IMG/VR virus record: IMGVR_UViG_3300013936_000002
Coordinates: 10,408 to 74,407 of that record
Reading direction: 5' to 3' (one strand)
Origin: a virus
Lineage: Duplodnaviria; Caudoviricetes
DNA: 64,000 bases
Both the position numbers and the translations under genes were made by a program. Numbering within the stretch: position 1 is the first letter of the stretch; the number at the start of each line of letters is the position of its first letter. Under the pieces are notes generated by a model. It was not told where the DNA came from. It saw only the letters and a program-made list of their open reading frames with translations, and did not search any database. This document shows, piece by piece, positions 40,079 through 48,258 of the stretch.

Positions 40079-40513
40079 ATGGAGAACACAAAAGAAATTG
40101 AAAACTATATCGCAAGTTTAAGAAATGGAACATTCCATTGTATTAAGTTCAGAAGAACTATGAGTGAAGCGAGAGCTGCATTCAAAGGTCAAGTAGAGAA
40201 AGAAACAACACTTGTTGCAAGGATTGGTGTTAGCTACAAGAATATGAGTATTAACAAAGATAAAGATTATGTTAACCCACTTCCTTACGGAGAATGGACT
40301 TTAACAAATAAAATCATTACTCATAATGAAACAAAATTATTAAGATTAACATCTACATTTAATCATTTATTAAAACCTCAAACAAGATATTTTTATAAAG
40401 GTGTAGAAACAACTAAAGAAGAATTAATTAGAATTGGTGCTATTCCTGATAGACCTTCTAAACCAACACCAGTATTCAATATTAAAATTAGTGATATTAT
40501 TTATATTAAATAA
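40079..40513 (+). CDS. Hypothetical protein
   Basis: Start at MENTK with AAGGAG RBS. Confidence 0.6.
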   Translation: MENTKEIENYIASLRNGTFHCIKFRRTMSEARAAFKGQVEKETTLVARIGVSYKNMSINKDKDYVNPLPYGEWTLTNKIITHNETKLLRLTSTFNHLLKPQTRYFYKGVETTKEELIRIGAIPDRPSKPTPVFNIKISDIIYIK

Positions 40514-40518
40514 TATCA

Positions 40519-40552
40519 AACTATTTACATTTAGTTAAAGATTTGGTAAAAT
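40519..40552 (+). promoter_or_regulatory. Conserved phage promoter
   Basis: aacta-tttaca-17-taaaat. Confidence 0.7.
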
Positions 40553-40557
40553 AATAA

Positions 40558-40680
40558 TAGAGCGGTAAGTTGTGAAACTTCAATAAAGCAAAGTTAAAGA
40601 TTGCAAAATTTGTTTGTCATAAAACCTTTAAACATCCCCTATAAAAAATATAGCAAAATTAAAAATCTTTAATCGCTCTA
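40558..40680 (+). ncRNA. Candidate structured RNA or leader (~123 nt)
   Basis: tagagcg/cgctcta closing stem at the predicted start, ttaaagatt/aatctttaa stem, GUGA-capped hairpin. Confidence 0.5.
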
Positions 40681-40748
40681 AATTATTTAATATAAAAATG
40701 AAATTAAATATATAATATAATTAATCATAAAAGGAGGATAAAAAGATT

Positions 40749-41024
40749 ATGATTACAACAATTGAAGTTAAAAGAGAATTAGATTTTGATGATTTACAAG
40801 AAATGGTCTGGGGTCAAGCAATTGATACTCTTGACACAATCTATCAAAAAGGTAAAGAAGAAGAATTAATGCAATTTTTGGCTGAACAATTTGAAGGTGG
40901 AGAAATTCCAACTGAAACACAAGTCAACGACATCTTAGCTTATGACTGGGAATATGTATTTGAAGCTCTTGGTATAAGTGAAAATGATGAAGATGATGAT
41001 GAAGATTCTGAAGAAGAGGAATAA
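40749..41024 (+). CDS. Small acidic hypothetical protein
   Basis: AAGGAGG RBS; domain repeated in 41320-41832. Confidence 0.65.
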   Translation: MITTIEVKRELDFDDLQEMVWGQAIDTLDTIYQKGKEEELMQFLAEQFEGGEIPTETQVNDILAYDWEYVFEALGISENDEDDDEDSEEEE

Positions 41025-41029
41025 TTGTT

Positions 41030-41323
41030 ATGGCAACACTTGGAAAGAAAATGAGACAAAGTAATTATTTTAAAAGTAGCTACGAAGATTATTTACCATT
41101 AAGAGGCAAAAGCATGGAGTTTCCTAATGGTGAGACCTTAGCATTAGATGTTGATAAAGTGTCTTCAGGAGAAGCAATCTTATATTTAGGTAGACCAACA
41201 AATGTTGGTTCAATTAATATTATTGAAATGGTAGCTGATAGCGATTTGTCAGTTGATGAAAATTTAAATAATTTGTATTTAAAAGCAATTGATAAATTTC
41301 CTGAACTAGAGGAAGAATTATGA
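41030..41323 (+). CDS. Hypothetical protein
   Basis: Operon position, ATGA overlap with next gene. Confidence 0.6.
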   Translation: MATLGKKMRQSNYFKSSYEDYLPLRGKSMEFPNGETLALDVDKVSSGEAILYLGRPTNVGSINIIEMVADSDLSVDENLNNLYLKAIDKFPELEEEL

Positions 41324-41832
41324 TTATAACTGATTCAACACTTCTTAAATTAAAATTTAAGAAAGCTAAAGACTTTGAAGATTTATATGAAGATGGAGAT
41401 ATTGAAACATCTTTATATGATAAAGTAGTTGATTTAGGAAAAGAAAATGAATTAATGGATTTATTAGTTAAGAAATTTGGTAAACAAGCATTTAATGATG
41501 ATGTGTTAAAATTCTTAAATAAAAATGAAAATGAAATTATTAGACAATTAAAAAATACTAAATCTTCTAATGGTTCAAAAACAATTGAATTATATAAAAT
41601 ATATGAACCACATGAGTTCACTGATTATACTGAGTTCTTAGGTAATTCACAATTCCAAGACTTAATGGAAGAAGTAAATGAATATGATACTGAAGTTGTA
41701 AATAAAGTATTTTCAGATATATATGAAGAAAATTTTAAAGGTAGTATTCCAACTTATGATGACTTTATGGATTATGTAGTTCAAAACAAAGAAAGTATTT
41801 TAAGAAAATTAAAAGACTCAATTAATAATTAA
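41320..41832 (+). CDS. Hypothetical protein with two internal repeats
   Basis: Both halves end N....I.R.LK; similar to 40749-41024. Confidence 0.6.
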   Translation: MIITDSTLLKLKFKKAKDFEDLYEDGDIETSLYDKVVDLGKENELMDLLVKKFGKQAFNDDVLKFLNKNENEIIRQLKNTKSSNGSKTIELYKIYEPHEFTDYTEFLGNSQFQDLMEEVNEYDTEVVNKVFSDIYEENFKGSIPTYDDFMDYVVQNKESILRKLKDSINN

Positions 41833-41854
41833 ACAAAACCGAAAACAGAGTTGA

Positions 41855-42189
41855 TAGTTAGTGTCGTTTCCTTGTTAATAATTTTTATAAATAAATTTAT
41901 ATTCTAATGTTCAAATGTATAAATAATTTACACGACATTCAAAGCTAACTAGTGATTACTCAGAATATTGCTTCTCTTATTAGATTAAGTTTGGATATTC
42001 AAACCTTTACTCATTGATTAATTGTAAGGGGTCCTCATTTATTATTCATTGCCTATACAATTAATCAAATTCTTTCATTTATGGAGAATATAAAAAATAC
42101 TAGTCTTTCAAAAAAATATATTCTCCAATTCCTAATGGTATCGTATAAAAGTAATACTAAGAATGTAAGTGCAAGACTTACTACCATTA
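41855..42189. ncRNA. Candidate large structured RNA / hairpin array (~335 nt)
   Basis: Five consecutive stem-loops including 13-bp and 11-bp perfect stems; no ORF. Confidence 0.5.
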
Positions 42190-42220
42190 TCAAATAAAAG
42201 CAAAGGAGATGAAAAAATAA

Positions 42221-42658
42221 ATGGAAGTGTGGATTGCAATAATAGTGATTGTAATTCTAATTGTTGTTGCAGGATGTACACCAACAGTCACTGATACTTT
42301 AAAACATACTGCAGAGTATGGAAAGAAAGTTGAAGAATGTCGTAAAAAAGAAAATGAGACACGCTGGCAAGCGTTTCAAGAAGAATACGATAGATATGTT
42401 GAGTTGTGTAAAAAGTACAAGCAAAAACCTATTCCTGTCTTTAAGTATTTAGAGAGTTGGAATGAGAAAAATCCACAACAACGCATAGAACCAAGTTGGA
42501 GTTCTTCAGATGATGAAGAAGAAAAGAAACCAAAACTCAAAACATCAAGAGGTGGGTTCAATCGTGATGGAAAAGGTTGGACTTACAATGTTACAAAGGA
42601 TCAAGATGGAAACACAATCTATTATGAAGAACATCCTGATGACCATGTAGTTTGGTAG
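42221..42658 (+). CDS. Putative lipoprotein
   Basis: Hydrophobic signal ending in lipobox VAG-C; AAGGAG RBS. Confidence 0.6.
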   Translation: MEVWIAIIVIVILIVVAGCTPTVTDTLKHTAEYGKKVEECRKKENETRWQAFQEEYDRYVELCKKYKQKPIPVFKYLESWNEKNPQQRIEPSWSSSDDEEEKKPKLKTSRGGFNRDGKGWTYNVTKDQDGNTIYYEEHPDDHVVW

Positions 42659-42667
42659 AAACAACAA

Positions 42668-42796
42668 GATAATTCCTTAATGTAGTCAAGATTATAAAAT
42701 ATATTTATATCAATTCCTTTTACTATTTACAAACAATCAAAAAAACTATATTTGTGTTTCTCCAAAACATAATCTTGATTACATTAAGGAATTATC
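42668..42796. repeat. 28-bp inverted repeat (1 mismatch) flanking 73 bp
   Basis: gataattccttaatgtagtcaagattat (42668-42695) versus ataatcttgattacattaaggaattatc (42769-42796). Confidence 0.9.
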
Positions 42797-42802
42797 GAAA
42801 AT

Positions 42803-42829
42803 AGAGAATTGATAAAATTCTCTTTTTTT
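42803..42829 (+). terminator. Intrinsic terminator
   Basis: agagaatt-gataa-aattctct plus T run. Confidence 0.7.
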
Positions 42830-42860
42830 GTAATTAAAAAAATCGAAAGGAGGAAAAGTC

Positions 42861-43184
42861 GTGTCAAGAAGAACACCTGAAACCGATTTAAAGGATCAAG
42901 TATGTAAAAAACTAGACAAAATGCAATGTGATGGATATGCAATAATCTATTGGAGAAGGAATGCCGATGGTATAAATTTTCATCAAGGCGATCCAGATAT
43001 TTATGGTTCATTTAATGGTTATCATTTTGAGATTGAATTAAAAGCAAAAGACGGAGAGCTATCTTCGGCGCAAAAGCGTGTTATAGAGCGATTTAAACAA
43101 TTTAAGATAAATTATATATTGTTAGACAAAATCGACAACCTTGAGCCGTTTTTGTTAGAAATAGCGCATATTGAGAAAAAATAA
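42861..43184 (+). CDS. VRR-NUC domain nuclease
   Basis: GDPDIY....G....IELKA..G.LSSAQ; GTG start with GGAGG RBS. Confidence 0.85.
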   Translation: MSRRTPETDLKDQVCKKLDKMQCDGYAIIYWRRNADGINFHQGDPDIYGSFNGYHFEIELKAKDGELSSAQKRVIERFKQFKINYILLDKIDNLEPFLLEIAHIEKK

Positions 43185-43205
43185 GGAGGTGAAAAGTAGT
43201 AAAAC

Positions 43206-43364
43206 ATGTTTAATTATCGAAATAACTGGGTTAAAACACCATGTAAAGATTGTTGCAAACGACATTTAAATTGTCATTCTAATTGTGTTGATTATAAAAA
43301 CTACAAAATAGAAATGCAAAAAATTCAAAATAAAGAAATTGAACGAAAAAGAAATAGCTGGTAA
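43206..43364 (+). CDS. Small Cys/His-rich (zinc-binding-like) protein, absent from the ORF track
   Basis: PCKDCCKRHLNCHSNCVDY; AAGGAGGTG RBS; terminator hairpin overlaps the stop. Confidence 0.65.
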   Translation: MFNYRNNWVKTPCKDCCKRHLNCHSNCVDYKNYKIEMQKIQNKEIERKRNSW

Positions 43365-43569
43365 ATCTAGCTATTTTTATTTTGCATATTGTTGCTATAT
43401 TTGTTGTTAGATGTACAAGTAGATCCACTCGTATATCAACAATATCTTCAGTTTTAACTAACAACTTGATTGTTGATACAAGATTTTGACACTTAGATTT
43501 TTACATAATTTGAAGATACAAAAAATAGGTCAAATTTTGAGTCCAAAAATTAGCTCTTTTCGAAAAAAT

Positions 43570-43880
43570 CAAACCCATGTAAATATAAAAATATACCCTC
43601 CCCCCAAAATCCAAAAATAAAATATATTATATATATAATATATTTTACCTTTTTTTATTTTTCCTTATATATATTTTTTAAAAAATATCTAATAGAAGAT
43701 ATTTTATATTTATTTATTTATATAAATAAATATATAAATTATTAGGTCATATAAAATGGGGTTAAAAAATCACTAAAAATAAAAATAATTTTTTTTACTC
43801 ATTTTAAACCAAAAAATTAAAAATTAAGTTAACCCCCCCAATTTTTGAAGATTTTTTAATCCCATTTGATAAGGGTTAAT
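43570..43880. other. AT-rich palindrome-rich non-coding region, candidate origin or packaging/terminus site
   Basis: 30-bp and 22-bp perfect AT palindromes, three GGGTTAA motifs, C tracts. Confidence 0.4.
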
Positions 43881-43960
43881 AATAAAAAACTGCTCAAAAA
43901 AGTATATAAAAAAGAAATATGCAAATTTTACGATTAGAAAAAATAATCATTTTTAATAAA

Positions 43961-43994
43961 AACTATTTACATTAAATAAAATCAATGATATAAT
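43961..43994 (+). promoter_or_regulatory. Conserved phage promoter
   Basis: aacta-tttaca-17-tataat with TG. Confidence 0.75.
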
Positions 43995-44030
43995 GACAGT
44001 ACAAAAGTTGAAAGGAGAAAGAAAACAACT

Positions 44031-44168
44031 ATGGAAAGAAAGATTGAATGGTATAAGGAGTTTTGTAGAACTAATTATTTAAAGGAAGGGGATGCAAAGT
44101 CGTTAAAAATATTTTATGACTATGTAGATAAACTAGAGAAGATGATAAAAGGTGAAAAGGGCTGTTAA
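44031..44168 (+). CDS. Small hypothetical protein (45 aa)
   Basis: AAGGAG RBS, first ORF after the promoter. Confidence 0.5.
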   Translation: MERKIEWYKEFCRTNYLKEGDAKSLKIFYDYVDKLEKMIKGEKGC

Positions 44169-44406
44169 AGACAGCTCTTATCAAAAAGATATTGTTGTTA
44201 CAAGTGTAAAAACAAATATTAGTTTGCAAACAATGATTGCATATTAGAAAATTGCATTGCAAAAAGTCCAGTGGAAAATAAGATAAAAGGAGAAGAAAAA
44301 ATGGATAATAAGAAAAATAATAAAAGTAGAGATGAAGCAGTAGTGAAATGTTTTGAAAAGAAATTTAATAAATTTTTTGTAGGTTTCAATACAGGGAGAA
44401 AAGGAA

Positions 44407-44751
44407 ATGGAAAGTGTAAGAAATAATATATTGTATAATGGACTTTATTATAATGGTAGTGAAAGAAGTATTAATTGTGTAAAGAGATATATAGAAAGAG
44501 ATTTAAACAAAAAATCCATATTAAAGAATAATGGATTTGAAGTAAGATTAATGCGTGATTATAAAAATACTAAAGGTGCATATTTCTACGCTGCATTATT
44601 CAAAAATAATGAGATGATATGTAGATTAACAAATCAATCTGCTTATGGTAGTAAAGTTTGTAAAGATTTAAAGAAATATTATAACTATGGATTTTTAGAA
44701 ACACATATCAAACAAATATTAGAGAAGGAGAAAGAAAATGGCAAGCATTAG
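44407..44751 (+). CDS. Hypothetical protein
   Basis: RBS, overlap with next gene. Confidence 0.55.
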   Translation: MESVRNNILYNGLYYNGSERSINCVKRYIERDLNKKSILKNNGFEVRLMRDYKNTKGAYFYAALFKNNEMICRLTNQSAYGSKVCKDLKKYYNYGFLETHIKQILEKEKENGKH

Positions 44752-45496
44752 AAAGTCATTGATATTACATCCAGTAATAATGGTAAGTCTAAATGAGAAT
44801 GAGTTATTAGAGTTATATAAGAACTATGAGATAAAGCACATAAAGAAAGACAATCCAGGAACACATAGTAGAGATGATAGGAAAGTATTTGTAACGACTG
44901 CAATGCCTTTAAATTATAAAGGAAAAGTATATGTATGTTATGAAGGTTTAGTGATTGGAAGATTTGATTCAAACGGAACGATCGACATCTTTAGAAGTAG
45001 ATATAATGATGATGGAGAGATGACAATTTTTAGACCATTAAAAGTAGATATAAAAGAAGAGGATTGGTGCAAGCGTAGAAAAACAATAAAAGCTAATTCT
45101 ATGACTTTTCAAAAAGAGATTGAGTATTTATTTGGAATAAGTCTAAATGAGCTTAAATCAAGTCTAATAAGCGAAAATGATTGTAATCAAATAATGAGTA
45201 TTGCACATTTAGAGATGTTTGAGAGCCCACATTCAATAAGTGAGTTTTATAAATGTGCTGAGCCAATATGTTTAGATTATGTTGGTTCGGAGTGTAAAGG
45301 ATCTAACTGCAAATATTTCAATGCAATCAATGGAAAGAAACATAATGGTTGTGGTAGAGATTGTAAATATTGTATCAACACTCAATTAATTTATACACCA
45401 AAAGAAGGAAGTTATTGTTGGTGTTATGATTTAATGTACTCCAAAAATTGGAATGAAAAATATATCAATGCAAAGAAAATAAAAAAAGTTAATTAA
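44738..45496 (+). CDS. Hypothetical protein with Cys-rich C-terminus
   Basis: C..C.Y, C.G..C, CGRDCKYC clusters. Confidence 0.6.
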   Translation: MASIRKSLILHPVIMVSLNENELLELYKNYEIKHIKKDNPGTHSRDDRKVFVTTAMPLNYKGKVYVCYEGLVIGRFDSNGTIDIFRSRYNDDGEMTIFRPLKVDIKEEDWCKRRKTIKANSMTFQKEIEYLFGISLNELKSSLISENDCNQIMSIAHLEMFESPHSISEFYKCAEPICLDYVGSECKGSNCKYFNAINGKKHNGCGRDCKYCINTQLIYTPKEGSYCWCYDLMYSKNWNEKYINAKKIKKVN

Positions 45497-45530
45497 AACT
45501 ATTTACATTTAACTTTAATCATGCTATATT
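45497..45530 (+). promoter_or_regulatory. Conserved phage promoter
   Basis: aacta-tttaca-17-tatatt. Confidence 0.7.
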
Positions 45531-45562
45531 ATACTTGTCAAATGGAAAAGGAGAAAACAAAA

Positions 45563-45766
45563 ATGAAATTGAATGAATTAGTAAAAAATATGTTTGGTGT
45601 TGGCGTAAATGTTGTGAATAATGAAGATTATAAAACTATTTACAAAGGAAGCACTACAGGAATTAAAATAAATTCTAAAGAATTTGAAAAATATAATGTT
45701 AGTACTATATTTGCTAGTGTAGAGACTAGTTACGCTTTAACTATTTATGTAGAGGAGGTGAAATAA
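45563..45766 (+). CDS. Small protein, MKL[KN] paralog family
   Basis: Start at MKLNEL with AAGGAG RBS. Confidence 0.6.
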   Translation: MKLNELVKNMFGVGVNVVNNEDYKTIYKGSTTGIKINSKEFEKYNVSTIFASVETSYALTIYVEEVK

Positions 45767-45767
45767 A

Positions 45768-45986
45768 ATGAAATTAACTGAATTTACTAGTGTTATGCAC
45801 GATATTAATGTAGAAATTACTGATTTTATAAGTGAACAAACTATTTATTGTGGAAATATAAACGGGGTTAAATTTACTCTAAACACCTTTAAAGATAACA
45901 CATTTAACAAATATGATGTTGTTGCTGTATTTAGTAGTTGTGAAGAAAATTGCAACATGCAAATCTATGTAGTAGAGGAGAAATAA
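45768..45986 (+). CDS. Small protein, MKL[KN] paralog family
   Basis: Similar to neighbour; GGAGGTG RBS. Confidence 0.6.
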   Translation: MKLTEFTSVMHDINVEITDFISEQTIYCGNINGVKFTLNTFKDNTFNKYDVVAVFSSCEENCNMQIYVVEEK

Positions 45987-45988
45987 AT

Positions 45989-46168
45989 ATGACTGAAGAA
46001 AGAAAACAACAAGCTAATATTCTTTTAAATGAATTTACAAATAATATTATTAGTCAACAAAGAATAGCACTTTCTAAGAATGATAAAAAGGAATATGAGA
46101 AATTATGTAAAGCACAAGATTTAATTAATGATATTCAAAATTTATTGATAAATGGAGAGAGTAAATAA
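45989..46168 (+). CDS. Small hypothetical protein
   Basis: Start at MTEE with AGGAG RBS. Confidence 0.55.
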   Translation: MTEERKQQANILLNEFTNNIISQQRIALSKNDKKEYEKLCKAQDLINDIQNLLINGESK

Positions 46169-46171
46169 ATT

Positions 46172-46372
46172 ATGAAACTAAAAGATTTACTAAAAGTTGT
46201 TAATGAACTTATTACATTACAAATAATTCGTTGTAATGATTATAAAGTAATCTTTAAAGGTAATAGTTATTATGCTGAGAAAGAATTAAGTTCTTTATTA
46301 GAAAGTAAAGTAAAAGAGATAACAACTTTTAAAGATAAAAGTTTAGGTGTTTTTATTAAAGAGGAGAGATAA
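46172..46372 (+). CDS. Small protein, MKL[KN] paralog family
   Basis: MKLKDLLKV...V.EI pattern. Confidence 0.6.
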   Translation: MKLKDLLKVVNELITLQIIRCNDYKVIFKGNSYYAEKELSSLLESKVKEITTFKDKSLGVFIKEER

Positions 46373-46374
46373 AT

Positions 46375-46581
46375 ATGAAAAAGAATTATGGTGTATGGAT
46401 TGAAAGAACAAAAAAATTTGTTAGCGAAGTTCATTTTGAAACAAAAAAAGAAGCTAAGCAATTCATAAATAATGAAGTATTAAAATATAATGATATTGAT
46501 AAAATAGCAATAATTGAATATAAGTATAATGATAGAGATATGTTGATTGAAAGTAAAACTAATTATTATTATGAATGGTAA
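46375..46581 (+). CDS. Small hypothetical protein
   Basis: AGGAGAG RBS; F.TKKEAK motif. Confidence 0.55.
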   Translation: MKKNYGVWIERTKKFVSEVHFETKKEAKQFINNEVLKYNDIDKIAIIEYKYNDRDMLIESKTNYYYEW

Positions 46582-46593
46582 AAGAGATAAGAT

Positions 46594-46794
46594 ATGATAT
46601 TAAAAGATTTATTAAAAGTAATACACGGATATGATGATATACAAATTGTATATAAAGATAAAATGTTCTCAGGAAAGAAAAGTGAATTTAAAAATTATAA
46701 ATATAAAAATGAATTAATTAATTGTGAAGTAAAAGAAATTGAATTAGGTGATTGTTTGTTATCAATTATGTTAAAGGAGAAGAAAAATGGATAA
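46594..46794 (+). CDS. Small protein, MKL[KN] paralog family
   Basis: MILKDLLKVI...EVKEI. Confidence 0.6.
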   Translation: MILKDLLKVIHGYDDIQIVYKDKMFSGKKSEFKNYKYKNELINCEVKEIELGDCLLSIMLKEKKNG

Positions 46795-47038
46795 TAAAGA
46801 AATGTTAGAAGAATTTGTTTCAATAGTTATTGATAAAGCTAATGAAAAGATTAAAGTTGATGATGTATTATCAATACTACAAGTTGTGAGTAAATCAATA
46901 GATGATAGTGTAGATGTACAAACAGTTAATACAATTATACTTGGAATAATTACAGGATTAGCAACTATATTAGATGGTGATAAAACTGACAAAATATTAG
47001 ATGATTATATAAAAGATTTAAAGGATTCATTGGCTTAA
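46787..47038 (+). CDS. Small hypothetical protein
   Basis: AAGGAG RBS. Confidence 0.55.
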   Translation: MDNKEMLEEFVSIVIDKANEKIKVDDVLSILQVVSKSIDDSVDVQTVNTIILGIITGLATILDGDKTDKILDDYIKDLKDSLA

Positions 47039-47041
47039 TAT

Positions 47042-47344
47042 ATGACTATAAATTGTGAGCTAAAACTTGATACAAAAGATTTTGAGATAATGTTAGAAAA
47101 TAGTCTTAATGACTCTTTAAAAGAACATTATCTAAGAATTAAATTAATAAGTATAACTTATAGATTATCTCATAATGAGATATTATCAAAAATAGTCAAA
47201 GTTATAGTTGATCAAATTGAATATAATTTATACGATTGTGATGAAGATGTTGATTATGGAGTATTTGTTTACAAATGTGATAAGCAAGATTTAATAAAAG
47301 ATATTGTTGATGCAATTGTATATCAAAAATTAATGAAAGGGTAG
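47042..47344 (+). CDS. Hypothetical protein
   Basis: Operon position. Confidence 0.5.
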   Translation: MTINCELKLDTKDFEIMLENSLNDSLKEHYLRIKLISITYRLSHNEILSKIVKVIVDQIEYNLYDCDEDVDYGVFVYKCDKQDLIKDIVDAIVYQKLMKG

Positions 47345-47347
47345 AGT

Positions 47348-47566
47348 ATGAAATTAAAAGAAATTATAAAGTATTTTAGTAGATATGAAAAGATAACATT
47401 ATCATATAGAAATGAAAATGAACCAAAATTTGAGGGTATAGTGCTTGAACTATGTGATGGCACAATAATGCATGATAAATTATTAAATTCAAAAATAGTA
47501 AAAATTGGAGCTACTCTATTCAATTTATGTATTGAATTGAAAAAAGGAGAAAAAATAAGATTATGA
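47348..47566 (+). CDS. Small protein, MKL[KN] paralog family
   Basis: MKLKEIIK...IVKI. Confidence 0.55.
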   Translation: MKLKEIIKYFSRYEKITLSYRNENEPKFEGIVLELCDGTIMHDKLLNSKIVKIGATLFNLCIELKKGEKIRL

Positions 47567-48006
47567 AAATTAAATTAAAAGATTTAACAGCTAAACAATG
47601 GAACGACAACATGGGTTGCGAGTGTAACAAATATAAAGACTGTAATGGTTGTAGATTTAGATATATAGATTGCTCTACCTCAAACTTTGAAAGCTCATGG
47701 ATTAATCACAAAGAAATATTCAATGATAAATTTTTAGATCAAGAAATAGAAATTGAAATGCCTGATATTTTAAATGAACAAGAAAAAGAATATTTAAAAG
47801 CGGTTATCAAACCATTCAGAGATAGAGTTATTTCAATAAGAAAAAATTTTGATGTGTTTAAAGATGCTTACTCTATATTTATTTATATTAAGAGCACAAT
47901 GGAGATAGGTAAAGTAGAAAGTATAGGTTTACCATTTTTCAAAAATAATATGTATATGGGAATGGAACACACCACAAATTATACTTTAGAAGAATTAGGA
48001 TTATAA
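47563..48006 (+). CDS. Two-domain hypothetical protein (Cys-rich A domain + B domain)
   Basis: A resembles 48010-48258; B resembles 57624-57884. Confidence 0.6.
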   Translation: MKIKLKDLTAKQWNDNMGCECNKYKDCNGCRFRYIDCSTSNFESSWINHKEIFNDKFLDQEIEIEMPDILNEQEKEYLKAVIKPFRDRVISIRKNFDVFKDAYSIFIYIKSTMEIGKVESIGLPFFKNNMYMGMEHTTNYTLEELGL

Positions 48007-48009
48007 AAT

Positions 48010-48258
48010 ATGAAACAATCAATTAAATTGAAAAATATGGTAGAAGAACAATGGGAGCATTTTAAAATGAATGAATGTTATAATGAGATTATAGAATGTG
48101 AAAATTGTCCATTTAAGTATATTGATTGTAATGAATTTGAACTTGAAGATGCATGGGTTAACCATAAAGATTTATTTAGTGATAAATTTTTAGATCAAGA
48201 AGTTGAAATAGAAGATGAAGAGCTATTATCTGAAGAAGATAAAGAAAAGGAAATAAAA
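48010..48258 (+). CDS. Cys-rich A-domain ORF running in frame into the MTase
   Basis: Paralog of the 47563 N-terminus; no stop before the internal ATG at 48259. Confidence 0.5.

Noticed and set aside
40558-40680. c-di-GMP-I (GEMM) riboswitch call
   Set aside because: The order GNRA hairpin then GCAAAG then long stem is reminiscent, but the GGCAAAC element and tetraloop receptor are not evident. Left as an unassigned RNA.
42668-42695. dif-like Xer site
   Set aside because: Only the left arm loosely resembles Firmicute dif; the conserved TTATGT[AT]AA right arm is absent.
44169-44300. Cys-rich frame (RYCCYKCKNKY*FANNDCILENC) after the 45-aa ORF
   Set aside because: Interrupted by TAA and TAG and has no start. 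Possibly a decayed gene, but too short to support.
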